Below are positions 39,405 through 48,627 of a stretch of 64,000 bases of DNA, in pieces. A program made the translations under genes and the position numbers. The DNA lies in contig JAWAWX010000001.1 of NCBI GenBank assembly GCA_038897215.1, positions 128,001-192,000 on the forward strand. The letters are read 5' to 3'. The stretch comes from Acidilobaceae archaeon (GTDB lineage Archaea > Thermoproteota > Thermoprotei_A > Sulfolobales > Acidilobaceae). The notes beneath the pieces were generated by a model. The model was not told the DNA's origin, did not search any database, and worked only from the letters and a program-made list of their open reading frames with translations. Position 1 is the first letter of the stretch. Each line of letters starts with the position of its first letter.

Positions 39405-41048
39405 TTGACTAGAGTTGATGCGGAGAAGTTTAGGGAGATGAGTGTAGCGGAGTTCTTCGCTAGGTACCGTGAGGTAGCGGGCTTCGCCAACCCTAGTAGA
39501 GCTCTCTACCAGACCATCAGGGAGCTCGTTGAGAACGCCTTGGACGCTACTGATTCGCACGGCATCCTGCCCGATGTCAAGATATATATCGATATAGTTA
39601 GCTCTAGCGATGAGAAGACTGTTTGCAGAGTCAGCGTTGAGGACAACGGGGTAGGGATACCTCCCAGCTTCCTCCCCGAGGCTTTCGGCAGAGTTCTCTT
39701 CAGCAGCAAGTACGTGCTGAAACAGGCTAGAGGCATGTACGGGATAGGGGTTAAGGCTGTAGTTCTATACTCTCAGGTCACCACTGGAGCCCCCTTCGAG
39801 GTCTACTCCTCGACTAGAGCATCGAGCTACGTATACATGAAGAAGCTCCAGATCGATATGAGGCGCAACCAGCCCATAGTGCTAGAGGAGGGTCAGTGGA
39901 GGAAGCCTGGCTCTTGGAACGGGACTCTAGCGTCTGCTCTGATTGAGTGCGACTGGCCTAGAGCTAGAGCTAGAGTACTCGAGTACCTCAGGAGGACTGC
40001 TATAATCGCTCCCTATGCTGAGATAACGCTGAAGACCCCCGAGGGCTACTACATCCACTTCCCCAGAACCACCTCTAAGCTCCCAAAGCAGCCAGTCGAG
40101 GTGAAGCCTCACCCTCACGGTGTAGACGTCGAGACACTGAAGCAGATGCTACTGAACACTAAGGCTAAGACTCTTCTCGAGTTCATGGTCGAGGAGTTCC
40201 AGAGCGTCGGGGAGACATCTGCTAGAAGGTTTCTAGAAAGCCTAGGCTTAGACCCCGAGGCTAGTCCTAGAGAGCTCCTAGAGGGAGAAACAGGGGTCAG
40301 CCTAGCGGTATTCGTGGATGCTCTGAAGAGCTTCAAGTTCAGGTCTCCTAGGAGCGATGCTCTCAGCCCTCTGGGAGAGAGCATAATAGAGATCGGGCTG
40401 AGCAGAATGTACTCACCCGAGTGGGTCGACGCTATATCGAGACCTCCGAGAGCATACCAAGGGCACCCCTTCGTGGTCGAAGCGGGCTTAGCGTACGGCG
40501 GCTCCATCCCTCCGAGCGATACGCCGATACTGCTGAGGTACGCTAACAAGATCCCCCTGATATACGAGGAGAAAGAGGACGTCGCCTACAAAGTCGTCAG
40601 CGAGATCAACTGGAGAAACTACGGCGTCGAGACCCCGGCTCCTCTAGTAGTCCTAGTCCACATAGCGAGCACCAAGATCCCCTACAAGGGTGTGGGTAAG
40701 GAGAGCATAAGCGAAGTGCCCGAGATAGAGTCGGAGATCAGGAGCTCTCTGCTAGAGCTCGCTAGAAGGCTGAGAGCATACATATCAGCCAAGGCTAGAG
40801 AAGCTGAGGCAATGAAGAGGATACTGGTGCTCTCGAAGTACATACCGGAGGTCTCCCGGAGCCTGGCCGTGATAGCATCACAGCAACTCACCGGCTCTCA
40901 AAGCCACGACTCGACGCTAGAGGAGAGGATAAGAGAGAAACTGATCAAGCTAGTAGCCGGGCACGTCACTTTACCCAAGAGCCTCAAGACGGGCAAGAGC
41001 GTAGAGGAGATTGTGAGAAGCGTGGTGGAGGGTGTGAGGATTGAGTGA
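39405..41048 (+). CDS. top6B: DNA topoisomerase VI subunit B
   Basis: RELVENALDA, EDNGVGI, RGMYGIG, KPHPHGVD and RYANKIPL. Confidence 0.96.
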   Translation: MTRVDAEKFREMSVAEFFARYREVAGFANPSRALYQTIRELVENALDATDSHGILPDVKIYIDIVSSSDEKTVCRVSVEDNGVGIPPSFLPEAFGRVLFSSKYVLKQARGMYGIGVKAVVLYSQVTTGAPFEVYSSTRASSYVYMKKLQIDMRRNQPIVLEEGQWRKPGSWNGTLASALIECDWPRARARVLEYLRRTAIIAPYAEITLKTPEGYYIHFPRTTSKLPKQPVEVKPHPHGVDVETLKQMLLNTKAKTLLEFMVEEFQSVGETSARRFLESLGLDPEASPRELLEGETGVSLAVFVDALKSFKFRSPRSDALSPLGESIIEIGLSRMYSPEWVDAISRPPRAYQGHPFVVEAGLAYGGSIPPSDTPILLRYANKIPLIYEEKEDVAYKVVSEINWRNYGVETPAPLVVLVHIASTKIPYKGVGKESISEVPEIESEIRSSLLELARRLRAYISAKAREAEAMKRILVLSKYIPEVSRSLAVIASQQLTGSQSHDSTLEERIREKLIKLVAGHVTLPKSLKTGKSVEEIVRSVVEGVRIE

Positions 41049-42222
41049 GGACAGGAGAGTCTTCGAGCCTCCAGTCGACAAGGTGGACTTAGAGGCTAGG
41101 AGGAGAGCGGCTGAGGTGATCAGAGAGAGCTTCTTGAAGCTCCTAGAGCACATAGAGAAGTCCGAGCCCCCGAGGCTAGTCATACCGAAGAGGACTCTCT
41201 CAAACACAATCTACGACCCGGAGAGAGGGCTCCTCCTACTGGGCGAGGAGTCATTCGAGAGAAGCTTCCTAGACGTTGGGGAAGCGAGGAAGTTCATGCA
41301 GACTCTACTAATGGCCAGCATAATCTACAAGGCTCTAGTCGAGAACGAGTACCCGACCATAAGAGACCTCTACTACAGAGGGAAGCACACGATAGCCTAC
41401 AGAGACCTAGCCGGCAGGCTGAGAGAAGAGAACACGTGGGACGAGCAGGCTGAGAGCGATGCTGTCATAAGAGACATAGAGGTCTACACTAACCTGCTGA
41501 GAGAACACATGCTGATCTTGAGCAAAGAGAAGGGGAAGGTGGTGGGGGATATGAGGATAAGGAGTGGCGGAGACGTGATAGACCTCTCCAGGCTCGGTCA
41601 CGGAGCCTACGCTATAGAGCCAACGCCGGACCTCATAGAGTTTCTCGACTACGACGCTGAGTTCGTTCTAGTAGTAGAGAAGGACGCTGTCTTCCAGCAA
41701 CTACACAGGATAGGCTTCTGGAGGCAGTACAAGGCGATACTCGTCACTAGCGCAGGCCAGCCCGATAGAGCGACGAGGAGATTCGTGAGGAGGCTCAACG
41801 AGGAGCTCAAGCTACCAGTATACATACTCACAGACAGCGACCCCTACGGGTGGTACATATACTCAGTCTTCAAGGTTGGTAGCATAACTCTCAGCTACGA
41901 GAGCGAGAGGCTCGCTACGCCGAAAGCCAGATTCCTCGGGGTATCCATGACCGACATATTCGGAGACAGGGGGAAGAAGCCCTACCTCACGGACTCCGAG
42001 AGGAAGAACTTCATCATCAGAGCCAAGGAGAGAGACTTGAAGAGAGCCAGGGAGCTGATGAGCTACCCGTGGTTCCAGACGCCTAGCTGGGAGAAGGAGG
42101 TCAAGATGTTCCTAGAGAAGAAGGTCAAGCTCGAGATAGAGGCTTTGACGGGCAAGGGGCTCAAGTTCCTTGCCTTCCAGTACATACCGGAGAAGATACA
42201 GAAGGGGGACTGGATAGAGTGA
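41041..42222 (+). CDS. top6A: DNA topoisomerase VI subunit A
   Basis: TIRDLYY (catalytic Tyr), VVEKDAVF, GQPDRATRRF and TDSDPYG. Confidence 0.96.
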   Translation: MSEDRRVFEPPVDKVDLEARRRAAEVIRESFLKLLEHIEKSEPPRLVIPKRTLSNTIYDPERGLLLLGEESFERSFLDVGEARKFMQTLLMASIIYKALVENEYPTIRDLYYRGKHTIAYRDLAGRLREENTWDEQAESDAVIRDIEVYTNLLREHMLILSKEKGKVVGDMRIRSGGDVIDLSRLGHGAYAIEPTPDLIEFLDYDAEFVLVVEKDAVFQQLHRIGFWRQYKAILVTSAGQPDRATRRFVRRLNEELKLPVYILTDSDPYGWYIYSVFKVGSITLSYESERLATPKARFLGVSMTDIFGDRGKKPYLTDSERKNFIIRAKERDLKRARELMSYPWFQTPSWEKEVKMFLEKKVKLEIEALTGKGLKFLAFQYIPEKIQKGDWIE

Positions 42223-42257
42223 TCGCAGTAGATAGCCCCCGGTTGCTCAGAGAGTTG

Positions 42258-42318
42258 ATTGGATGAGGAGCTCTGCCGCTACTGAGTCGGGTGATGTAGC
42301 GAACTCCAGGCTGACATC
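42258..42318 (+). ncRNA. Candidate C/D-box methylation guide sRNA
   Basis: TGGATGA(C, 42260-66)-GGAGCTCTGCCGCTA-CTGA(D', 42282-85)-GTCGG-GTGATGT(C')-AGCGAACTCCAGG-CTGA(D, 42311-14). Confidence 0.62.
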
Positions 42319-42320
42319 TC

Positions 42321-42881
42321 TTGAGCAGCTCTCTGACGCTAAGGGAGGGCACGTACTACGAGCTCATCTGCAGGCTCTGCGAGCCCGGAGTAGAGACCCC
42401 CCTGGGGCTGAAGCTAGAGGGGGGCAGAGCGCGCTTCAGAGTCTACTCGAGGAAGCTACGGGCCTCCATGAGGGAGACCGAGAGGCTAGTCTGCCTAGCT
42501 CCCGTAGACCCTCTAGTCTTCTACGAGTCTGTCGTCGAGGGGAAGAGCGTAGTCTCCTGTAGCGAGCTCGACTCGAGCAGAGGGCACTGGCTTGTCTGCA
42601 AGCCCGAGCTAGTGGAGGAGAGAGAGGACTACGATGTCTATGCGTGCACTAGACTCGAGGTCGTGAGGGGGGCCTCGAGCCCCTACGCGAGAGCCTACGG
42701 TTGCTTGGTGGAGCTTCTCGTGCTACTGACCAAGGCTAGAGCAGGGGTTCTGGGAGCCGGGGCTCTAGAGTACGCTAGATGGCTCTCCTGGTGTATCGAG
42801 AGGTCTAGCTCGGTGGAGAGCTATGTGCGCGCCGCGAGAAACATACTCGAGCTTCTTGAGAGAGCTCTTAGAGAGAGCTAG
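42321..42881 (+). CDS. Hypothetical protein, DUF447-like
   Basis: TPLG..., DPLVFY and RAYGCLVELLV resemble DUF447; adjacent to MptE. Confidence 0.55.
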   Translation: MSSSLTLREGTYYELICRLCEPGVETPLGLKLEGGRARFRVYSRKLRASMRETERLVCLAPVDPLVFYESVVEGKSVVSCSELDSSRGHWLVCKPELVEEREDYDVYACTRLEVVRGASSPYARAYGCLVELLVLLTKARAGVLGAGALEYARWLSWCIERSSSVESYVRAARNILELLERALRES

Positions 42882-43584
42882 GAGAGCTCTGAGCCTCTAC
42901 TACGACATAGTCGAGCCAGTCGTAGAGCACCCTAGGCACAGAGAGAGCCTCTGTGGCTGTATCTGCGAGCTAGACCTCTGCTGGAGCGCTGCTGAGACCC
43001 TCTCGGAGCTAGCGGGAGAAGTGGAGGGCAGGAGAGTCTGCGTAGCAGGGCCTCTGGCCTCGGGGCTCGACTACAGCGGCTGCGATACTGTCGGCGCCCC
43101 GGAGGGTGGGCTCCTGCCTCTCGTAGAGGCTGGAGTCAAGCCTCTCTACGTAACCGGAGACCTGGACGTGGATAGCAAGCTGCTCCCAGTACTCCTAGAG
43201 TCTCCTAGAGTCCTCCTGGCTCACGTTCACGGAGACAACTTCTCTAAGCTAGAGGAGGTCCTGGAGCGCGGGGGGAGCTTGAGGAGACCTGGATTAGTGG
43301 TCACGAGCCAGGTGGAGACCTGTGGTTGCAGCATGCCTCTCGGAGGCTACACCGACGGCGATAGAGCTGTTCTCGTAGCCATGCTCCTCGGAGCGAGAGA
43401 AGTAGTCATAGCCGGCTACTCCTTCAGCTCAGCTGTCTTCGTCCACAAGACTAGAGCAGTGGCGCCCGAGTACAAGGCCGTAAAGCTCGCTCTAGCCTCC
43501 GAGGTCGTCAGAGAAGCCTCCCGCATATACGGCTACAGGCTCAGAGAGCTGGAGAGAGGCCTCGCTGTCCTGGAGAAGCTCTAG
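42823..43584 (+). CDS. 6-hydroxymethylpterin diphosphokinase MptE-like (DUF115)
   Basis: VTGDLD, HVHGDN and GGYTDGDRA. Confidence 0.8.
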   Translation: MCAPRETYSSFLRELLERARRALSLYYDIVEPVVEHPRHRESLCGCICELDLCWSAAETLSELAGEVEGRRVCVAGPLASGLDYSGCDTVGAPEGGLLPLVEAGVKPLYVTGDLDVDSKLLPVLLESPRVLLAHVHGDNFSKLEEVLERGGSLRRPGLVVTSQVETCGCSMPLGGYTDGDRAVLVAMLLGAREVVIAGYSFSSAVFVHKTRAVAPEYKAVKLALASEVVREASRIYGYRLRELERGLAVLEKL

Positions 43585-43627
43585 ATTTAACCTCTCAAAC
43601 TCCAGAGCCCCCCGTGGAGAAGGCTCG

Positions 43628-44422
43628 ATGCTCTACAAGCCCGTGGTCGAGACTTCTAGGCGTAGAGCTCTCTCAGTACCCCCTGATGCTCAGCTGGAGA
43701 GAGTCAGAGCAGTCTTCAGAGCCTACGGGGTCAGGGTTGTAGCCGTAGTGCAGGGCTCTAGGCTACTTGGAGTCATAAGCAGAGCTGACGTCATAAGAGT
43801 CACGGCAACCAAGACGGAAGCGTTAGCTAGAGACGTGGCGTCAGCTCCCAGAGCTACCCTGAGCCCGTCCACGACGGTAGCGGAGGCTCTTGAGAAGCTA
43901 CTCTCTCTAGGCGAGTGGTACCTGCCCGTGGTCAGCGAGGGAGACTTCCTAGGCTTCTTCGGCCTAGAGGACGCTATAGAGGCGTGCTTGAGCTCAGCGG
44001 AGTGCTCGAGGAGGCTAGAGGGCTTGAGGGTAGAGGAGGTGATGGTCGAAGACTACCCCAGAGTCCTAGCCACAGACCCCCTCAGCTCTGTCTGGAGACT
44101 CTTAACCGAAGAAGGCTACGTGAGCGTGCCCGTAGTAGACGAGAAGAACAGGATAGTCGGCATAGTCACTCAGTTCGACTTGATAAAGAAGGGCTACACG
44201 AGGATCCACGTAGAGTCGCCCAGCGGCCCGGCTAAGCGCCCGAGAGTGAGGAGCGCCATGACCAGACCATGCACCTACGTCTACCCCCACACTACAGTCA
44301 GAGAAGCGGGAGCACTACTAGTCACTAGAAACATAGCGGGAGCCCCCGTAGCTAGAGACGACGCCTCTAGAGCCATGGTCGGGTTCGTCTCCAGACTAGA
44401 GGTAGCTAAGTCGATACTCTAG
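43628..44422 (+). CDS. Four-CBS-domain protein
   Basis: Four CBS repeats. Confidence 0.88.
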   Translation: MLYKPVVETSRRRALSVPPDAQLERVRAVFRAYGVRVVAVVQGSRLLGVISRADVIRVTATKTEALARDVASAPRATLSPSTTVAEALEKLLSLGEWYLPVVSEGDFLGFFGLEDAIEACLSSAECSRRLEGLRVEEVMVEDYPRVLATDPLSSVWRLLTEEGYVSVPVVDEKNRIVGIVTQFDLIKKGYTRIHVESPSGPAKRPRVRSAMTRPCTYVYPHTTVREAGALLVTRNIAGAPVARDDASRAMVGFVSRLEVAKSIL

Positions 44423-44461
44423 AGGGGGAGGAGGCTTCTAGCTATCTCGATATAAAGGTTC

Positions 44462-45475
44462 TTGGCTCTAGTTGCGAGAATGGTGCTGTGGTTGAGGGCT
44501 CCGCGCTTACCCTCAGCTAGGATGCACAAGCCTCCTAGCGCTCCCCTGCCGAGGTCTAGGCCTGAGGGCTTGAGGTGGCTTAGAGCAGACGGGACTCCTA
44601 ACTGGAGCCAGAGAGTTCACAGGTTTCAGGGTGCTGTCGCTAGGCTGTCTTCGACTCCGGCTATCACGATAACTAAGACTGCTACCATCATGGAGGCTGC
44701 TGAGCTCATGCACGAGAAGAGAGTAAGGGGGCTCGTCGTGGAGCACCTCGGTAAACCAGTGGGAGTGCTCATGGCTTCAGACCTGGTTAACTACCTGGGG
44801 GGAGGCCATCTCTACAGGATCGTTGTTGAGAAGCATGGAGACAACGTGTACACTGCTCTGAGAGGAGAGTACGTGAAGAACGTGATGAACTCCTCTCCCG
44901 TAGTAGCGTTCACGACTCAGAAGCTGGAGGAGGTCCTGGAGGTAATGGTGTCGAAGAGGATAGGCTTCATGCCTGTTGTAGACGAGAAAGGAGACCTCTA
45001 CGGAGTACTCACAGAGCACGATGTAGTCAAGGCTCTAGCGTCTCTCGATGAGCCGGCCGGAGTAGCCGTCGAGACAGTGGCGACGAGCCCCATAGTCGCT
45101 GTCTCCGAGAGCGAGCCGCTGAAGAGAGCTCTTGAGCTGATGACCTCCTACGGGTTTAGGAGAGTAGTGGTCGTAGACGAGGAGAGCCGCGTGGTTGGAG
45201 CGGTGACCTCTAAGAGCTACGTGTCGCTCTTCGGCTCTCATAGAGTCTTCAGGATGATGAGCACATTCAGCTTGAAGGAGGTTCTATCTATGCCAGCCAA
45301 GGTGGCGGTAGACCCCAGGTACTCCTACGTGAGCGGAGACGCTGACATAGTCGAGGCTTGCAGAGCTATGGCTGAGAGCGGTCTCAGCTGGCTTCTAGTA
45401 GTGAGAGGAGACGAGGTAACAGGCATAGTCACAGAGAGAGACATGCTGATAGCTCTGGCTCTAGAGGAGCTCTAG
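44462..45475 (+). CDS. Four-CBS-domain protein with N-terminal extension (start uncertain)
   Basis: Four CBS repeats; LVNYLGGG insert. Confidence 0.88.
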   Translation: MALVARMVLWLRAPRLPSARMHKPPSAPLPRSRPEGLRWLRADGTPNWSQRVHRFQGAVARLSSTPAITITKTATIMEAAELMHEKRVRGLVVEHLGKPVGVLMASDLVNYLGGGHLYRIVVEKHGDNVYTALRGEYVKNVMNSSPVVAFTTQKLEEVLEVMVSKRIGFMPVVDEKGDLYGVLTEHDVVKALASLDEPAGVAVETVATSPIVAVSESEPLKRALELMTSYGFRRVVVVDEESRVVGAVTSKSYVSLFGSHRVFRMMSTFSLKEVLSMPAKVAVDPRYSYVSGDADIVEACRAMAESGLSWLLVVRGDEVTGIVTERDMLIALALEEL

Positions 45476-45488
45476 GAGGCTGAGAGTA

Positions 45489-46340
45489 GTGGGGGTCGCT
45501 AGAGTATCCACATACATGTCGTCGCCCGTCCACGTAGTACACCCTACAGACACTCTGGCTTACGCTAGAAACCTCCTCCTAGAGAAGGGGGTCAGTAGAC
45601 TCGTAGTGGTAGACGATGACGAGAAGCCAGTAGGGGTTCTAACGCTCTCAGACATAGCTAGAGTCATCATGCTAGGCTCTGAGAGAGAGCTCGACGAGAT
45701 CCTGGTGAGAGAGGTTATGAGCAAGCCCCCCGTGGTGATAGAGGAGTCTAAGACTCTCAAGACAGCAGCTAGGCTCATGCTGAAGCACAAGATCGGAGGA
45801 CTACCCGTAGTCGACGAGGAGGGGGCTCTAGTCGGCATAGTGACGAGAACAGACCTAGTGAGAGCTTTCGCAGACAGGTATGAAGGAAGGTACACAGTGA
45901 GAGACCTCATGAGGAAAAGCTTCCCCGTGCTTAGGAGAAGCCACTCGATATACTACGCTGCTAAACTAATAGAGGCAGATATCTCGGGCAAAGCCGTAGT
46001 CCTAGACGAGGAGGGGAGGCCAGTGGGGGTAGTGACTAGGAGAGACATCGCTTTCCTAGACCTCTCTCTGCTATCTAGGAGAGGCAAGGAGAGCTATAGG
46101 AAGGTGAAGGCGAGACACCCAGCTAGAGGAGAGCTCTCTCCAGCCAGGCTCTACCTGGTGCCTCTAGTCGAGGACGTGATGAGTAGCGACGTTGTGACAA
46201 CAAAGCCTAGCGCTGACGCTGCGGAAGCTGCTAGAGTAATGCTCGAGCACGGGATAGGATGCCTCCCTGTAGTCGACGAGGCTGGGAGAGCTATAGGGCT
46301 CTTGACTAAGATTGAGATACTCTACGCTATAGCTCTATAG
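45489..46340 (+). CDS. Four-CBS-domain protein
   Basis: Four CBS repeats; DTLAYARNLL and IGGLPVVD. Confidence 0.88.
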   Translation: MGVARVSTYMSSPVHVVHPTDTLAYARNLLLEKGVSRLVVVDDDEKPVGVLTLSDIARVIMLGSERELDEILVREVMSKPPVVIEESKTLKTAARLMLKHKIGGLPVVDEEGALVGIVTRTDLVRAFADRYEGRYTVRDLMRKSFPVLRRSHSIYYAAKLIEADISGKAVVLDEEGRPVGVVTRRDIAFLDLSLLSRRGKESYRKVKARHPARGELSPARLYLVPLVEDVMSSDVVTTKPSADAAEAARVMLEHGIGCLPVVDEAGRAIGLLTKIEILYAIAL

Positions 46341-46409
46341 CCTTGAGAAGACCGCTCTATATTAGGCTCTCGCTATCTCAAACCATAGAGAGCTAGAGGA
46401 CCTAGAGCC

Positions 46410-47201
46410 TTGAAATTCGTGATCATAACCGGTCCAGCTGGCTCGGGTAAGAGCGTGCTCACTGGAGAGCTCTCAGCCCTCATGGAGTCTTACGGTGTCG
46501 TCGTGGCTAGAGCTAACTTCGACCCTGCAGCCGAGTATCTGCCCTACGACCCCGATATCGATATCAGGCAGTACGTTACAGCCAGAGACTTCATGAGAGA
46601 AGGGCTGGGGCCTAATAGTGCTCTCATCGCTGCCGTAGACTCTATGATCAACCATGTCTTCGACGTCAGGAAGGTCATAGAGGACATAAATCCCGACTAC
46701 GTCGTAGTAGACACTCCAGGACAGATGGAGCTCTTCGCTTACAGACAGGGAGGCCCCTTTGTCTTCAACGCTCTCACTCACGGCTACCCCGTGGTCGTAG
46801 TCTTCCTGATAGACTCTCTCCTCCTAGCTAGCCCTGCTAGCATAGTCTCAGCATTCCTTCTAGCCTCGAGTGTAGCGATGAGGTTCAAGAAGCCTCAGAT
46901 CAACGTGATCAGCAAAGCAGACCTAGTTCAGCCAGAGAAGCTGAGAGAGTTGCTGGAGAAGCTCGGAGAAGAGGGCTTCCTGACATCTCTAGCAGAGGAG
47001 ATCTCGGACCCCTTCGCTAGGTCTCTAGCCGTTAGGCTAGCCGAGGCTCTCTACGAGAGCGGGTTCTTCGGGGAGGTGATACCAGTCTCTGTCGAGGACC
47101 CCCTCTCTCTAGGCAACCTCTACGCTAAGATAACCCAGGTGCTCAGTGGGGGGGAGGAGTACAAGTACTACGATGTAGCTAGAGCTGGGAGCGATGCTTA
47201 A
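46410..47201 (+). CDS. GPN-loop GTPase
   Basis: GPAGSGKS, NFDPAAE.LPY, GLGPN, DTPGQMELF and SKAD. Confidence 0.92.
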   Translation: MKFVIITGPAGSGKSVLTGELSALMESYGVVVARANFDPAAEYLPYDPDIDIRQYVTARDFMREGLGPNSALIAAVDSMINHVFDVRKVIEDINPDYVVVDTPGQMELFAYRQGGPFVFNALTHGYPVVVVFLIDSLLLASPASIVSAFLLASSVAMRFKKPQINVISKADLVQPEKLRELLEKLGEEGFLTSLAEEISDPFARSLAVRLAEALYESGFFGEVIPVSVEDPLSLGNLYAKITQVLSGGEEYKYYDVARAGSDA

Positions 47202-47203
47202 CC

Positions 47204-47245
47204 TATAAGCTTATAAACTTATCCTGATAAGGACTCCCGGAGTCC
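47204..47245. promoter_or_regulatory. Three abutting perfect palindromes in promoter of coiled-coil gene
   Basis: TATAAGCTTATA (47204-15), CTTATC-CT-GATAAG (47218-31), GGACTCC-C-GGAGTCC (47231-45). Confidence 0.4.
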
Positions 47246-47273
47246 AGCCTTAGGGCATGAGCCTTAGCGAAGG

Positions 47274-48185
47274 GTGGTGAAGAATCAGTTGAGTGACCAT
47301 AGTGCAATCGAGGTCTCTGAGAGCGAGTTGCTAGAGAGAGTCTCGGAGCTACAGGAGAAGATAGTCGCTGTCAAGGAGGAGAGGAGAAGGCTAGTCGAGG
47401 AGGTCAGAGGGCTCAGAGAAGAGAGGAGAAGGCTAGCGAGCGAGCGGAGAGAGCTCGTAGAGAGGCTCAAGGAGATCGGGAGAGAGCTCAGCTCTCTCAG
47501 AGAAGAGCACGCTAGACTAAAGGAGGAGAGAGAGAAGCTGAGGAAAGAGGTCGAGGCTAGGAGGGGAGAGCTCAAGATAGCATCTCAGCTAGCCGAGAAG
47601 GAGGGAGACGTGGCTAGGATAAGCTTGAGGAGGCTCCAGCGGAGGCTAGAAGAGCTAGAGTTCAAGCAGATGACCAGCGTCTTGACTGCTGAGGAGGAGA
47701 AGGAGCTAGTAGACCAGATAGCTCGGCTCGAGAATCTCATAATGAGAGTCAAGAGCGCCAGGAGGCACATGGTGACCCTAGTCGAGCTCAAAGCAGACTA
47801 CAAAGCGCTAGTCCTCCAGCTCAAGGAGACTAACTCGAAGCTAGCCTCAGTGAGGCAGAGGCTAGTAGAGCTGGTCAAGGAGAGAGACTCGCTTAGAGAA
47901 GAGGTCAAGAAGCTCAGCGATAAGATAGCTGAACTCTCATCTCAGATTGATAGCTTAAGCCAAGAGATAGACTCCAAGACGAGAGCTCTAGACGAGCTGT
48001 ACTCAGAGTACAGAGCGCTACTCTCGAGGCTCAGAGAGATGAAGATAGCTAGGAGGCTCAAGCTAACCCTAGAGGCTCTAGAGAGGAAGAAGAGAGAGGT
48101 GAAGGAGAAGGCTGAGAGAGGAGAGCCTCTGACTCTAGACGAGCTGAAGATACTCTACGGAGAACTCGACCAGGACCTGCAGTAG
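47274..48185 (+). CDS. Archaeal coiled-coil protein (COG1340-like)
   Basis: Heptad repeats, LEFKQMTSVLTAEEEKELV and C-terminal GEPLTLDEL. Confidence 0.8.
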   Translation: MVKNQLSDHSAIEVSESELLERVSELQEKIVAVKEERRRLVEEVRGLREERRRLASERRELVERLKEIGRELSSLREEHARLKEEREKLRKEVEARRGELKIASQLAEKEGDVARISLRRLQRRLEELEFKQMTSVLTAEEEKELVDQIARLENLIMRVKSARRHMVTLVELKADYKALVLQLKETNSKLASVRQRLVELVKERDSLREEVKKLSDKIAELSSQIDSLSQEIDSKTRALDELYSEYRALLSRLREMKIARRLKLTLEALERKKREVKEKAERGEPLTLDELKILYGELDQDLQ

Positions 48186-48186
48186 C

Positions 48187-48576
48187 TCAGCTTGTTCTGC
48201 GGAGCCACTCACCGACTATATCGTAGCCGAAGAGTTCTCTCAAGAGCTTCCTGCCTTCCTCCGAGACTCGCAGAGGAGTCCAAGGCCTGCTGAAGTCTAG
48301 CTCTACGTCTACCTGAGCTCCGGGGATCCTGTCTTTTAGAGCCTCCTCCACGAAGTAGACTATAGTCCCGGCTAGCGGGCACCCTAGAGCAGTCATAGTC
48401 ATAACTACTCTTATCTCCGGCACGCCTCTCTCGTTTCTCCTAGCGTGCACCTCGTAGACTAAGCCTAGGTCGTAGATGTTCACCGGTATCTCGGGGTCGT
48501 AGACCTCCTTCAGAGCCTCCACTGCTCTAGCTAGGAGGTCCTGGTCTCCCACTAGCTTCACTCTATCCTCCAGCAC
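48187..48576 (-). CDS. DUF59/SufT metal-sulfur cluster assembly factor
   Basis: VYDPEIPVNIYDLGLVY and MTMTALGCP. Confidence 0.9.
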   Translation of the reverse strand: MLEDRVKLVGDQDLLARAVEALKEVYDPEIPVNIYDLGLVYEVHARRNERGVPEIRVVMTMTALGCPLAGTIVYFVEEALKDRIPGAQVDVELDFSRPWTPLRVSEEGRKLLRELFGYDIVGEWLRRTS

Positions 48577-48627
48577 TCCTCTCCTCCTATCCCGGCTTCC
48601 GTGCTCGAGATTTTTATCTAGTCGCTT

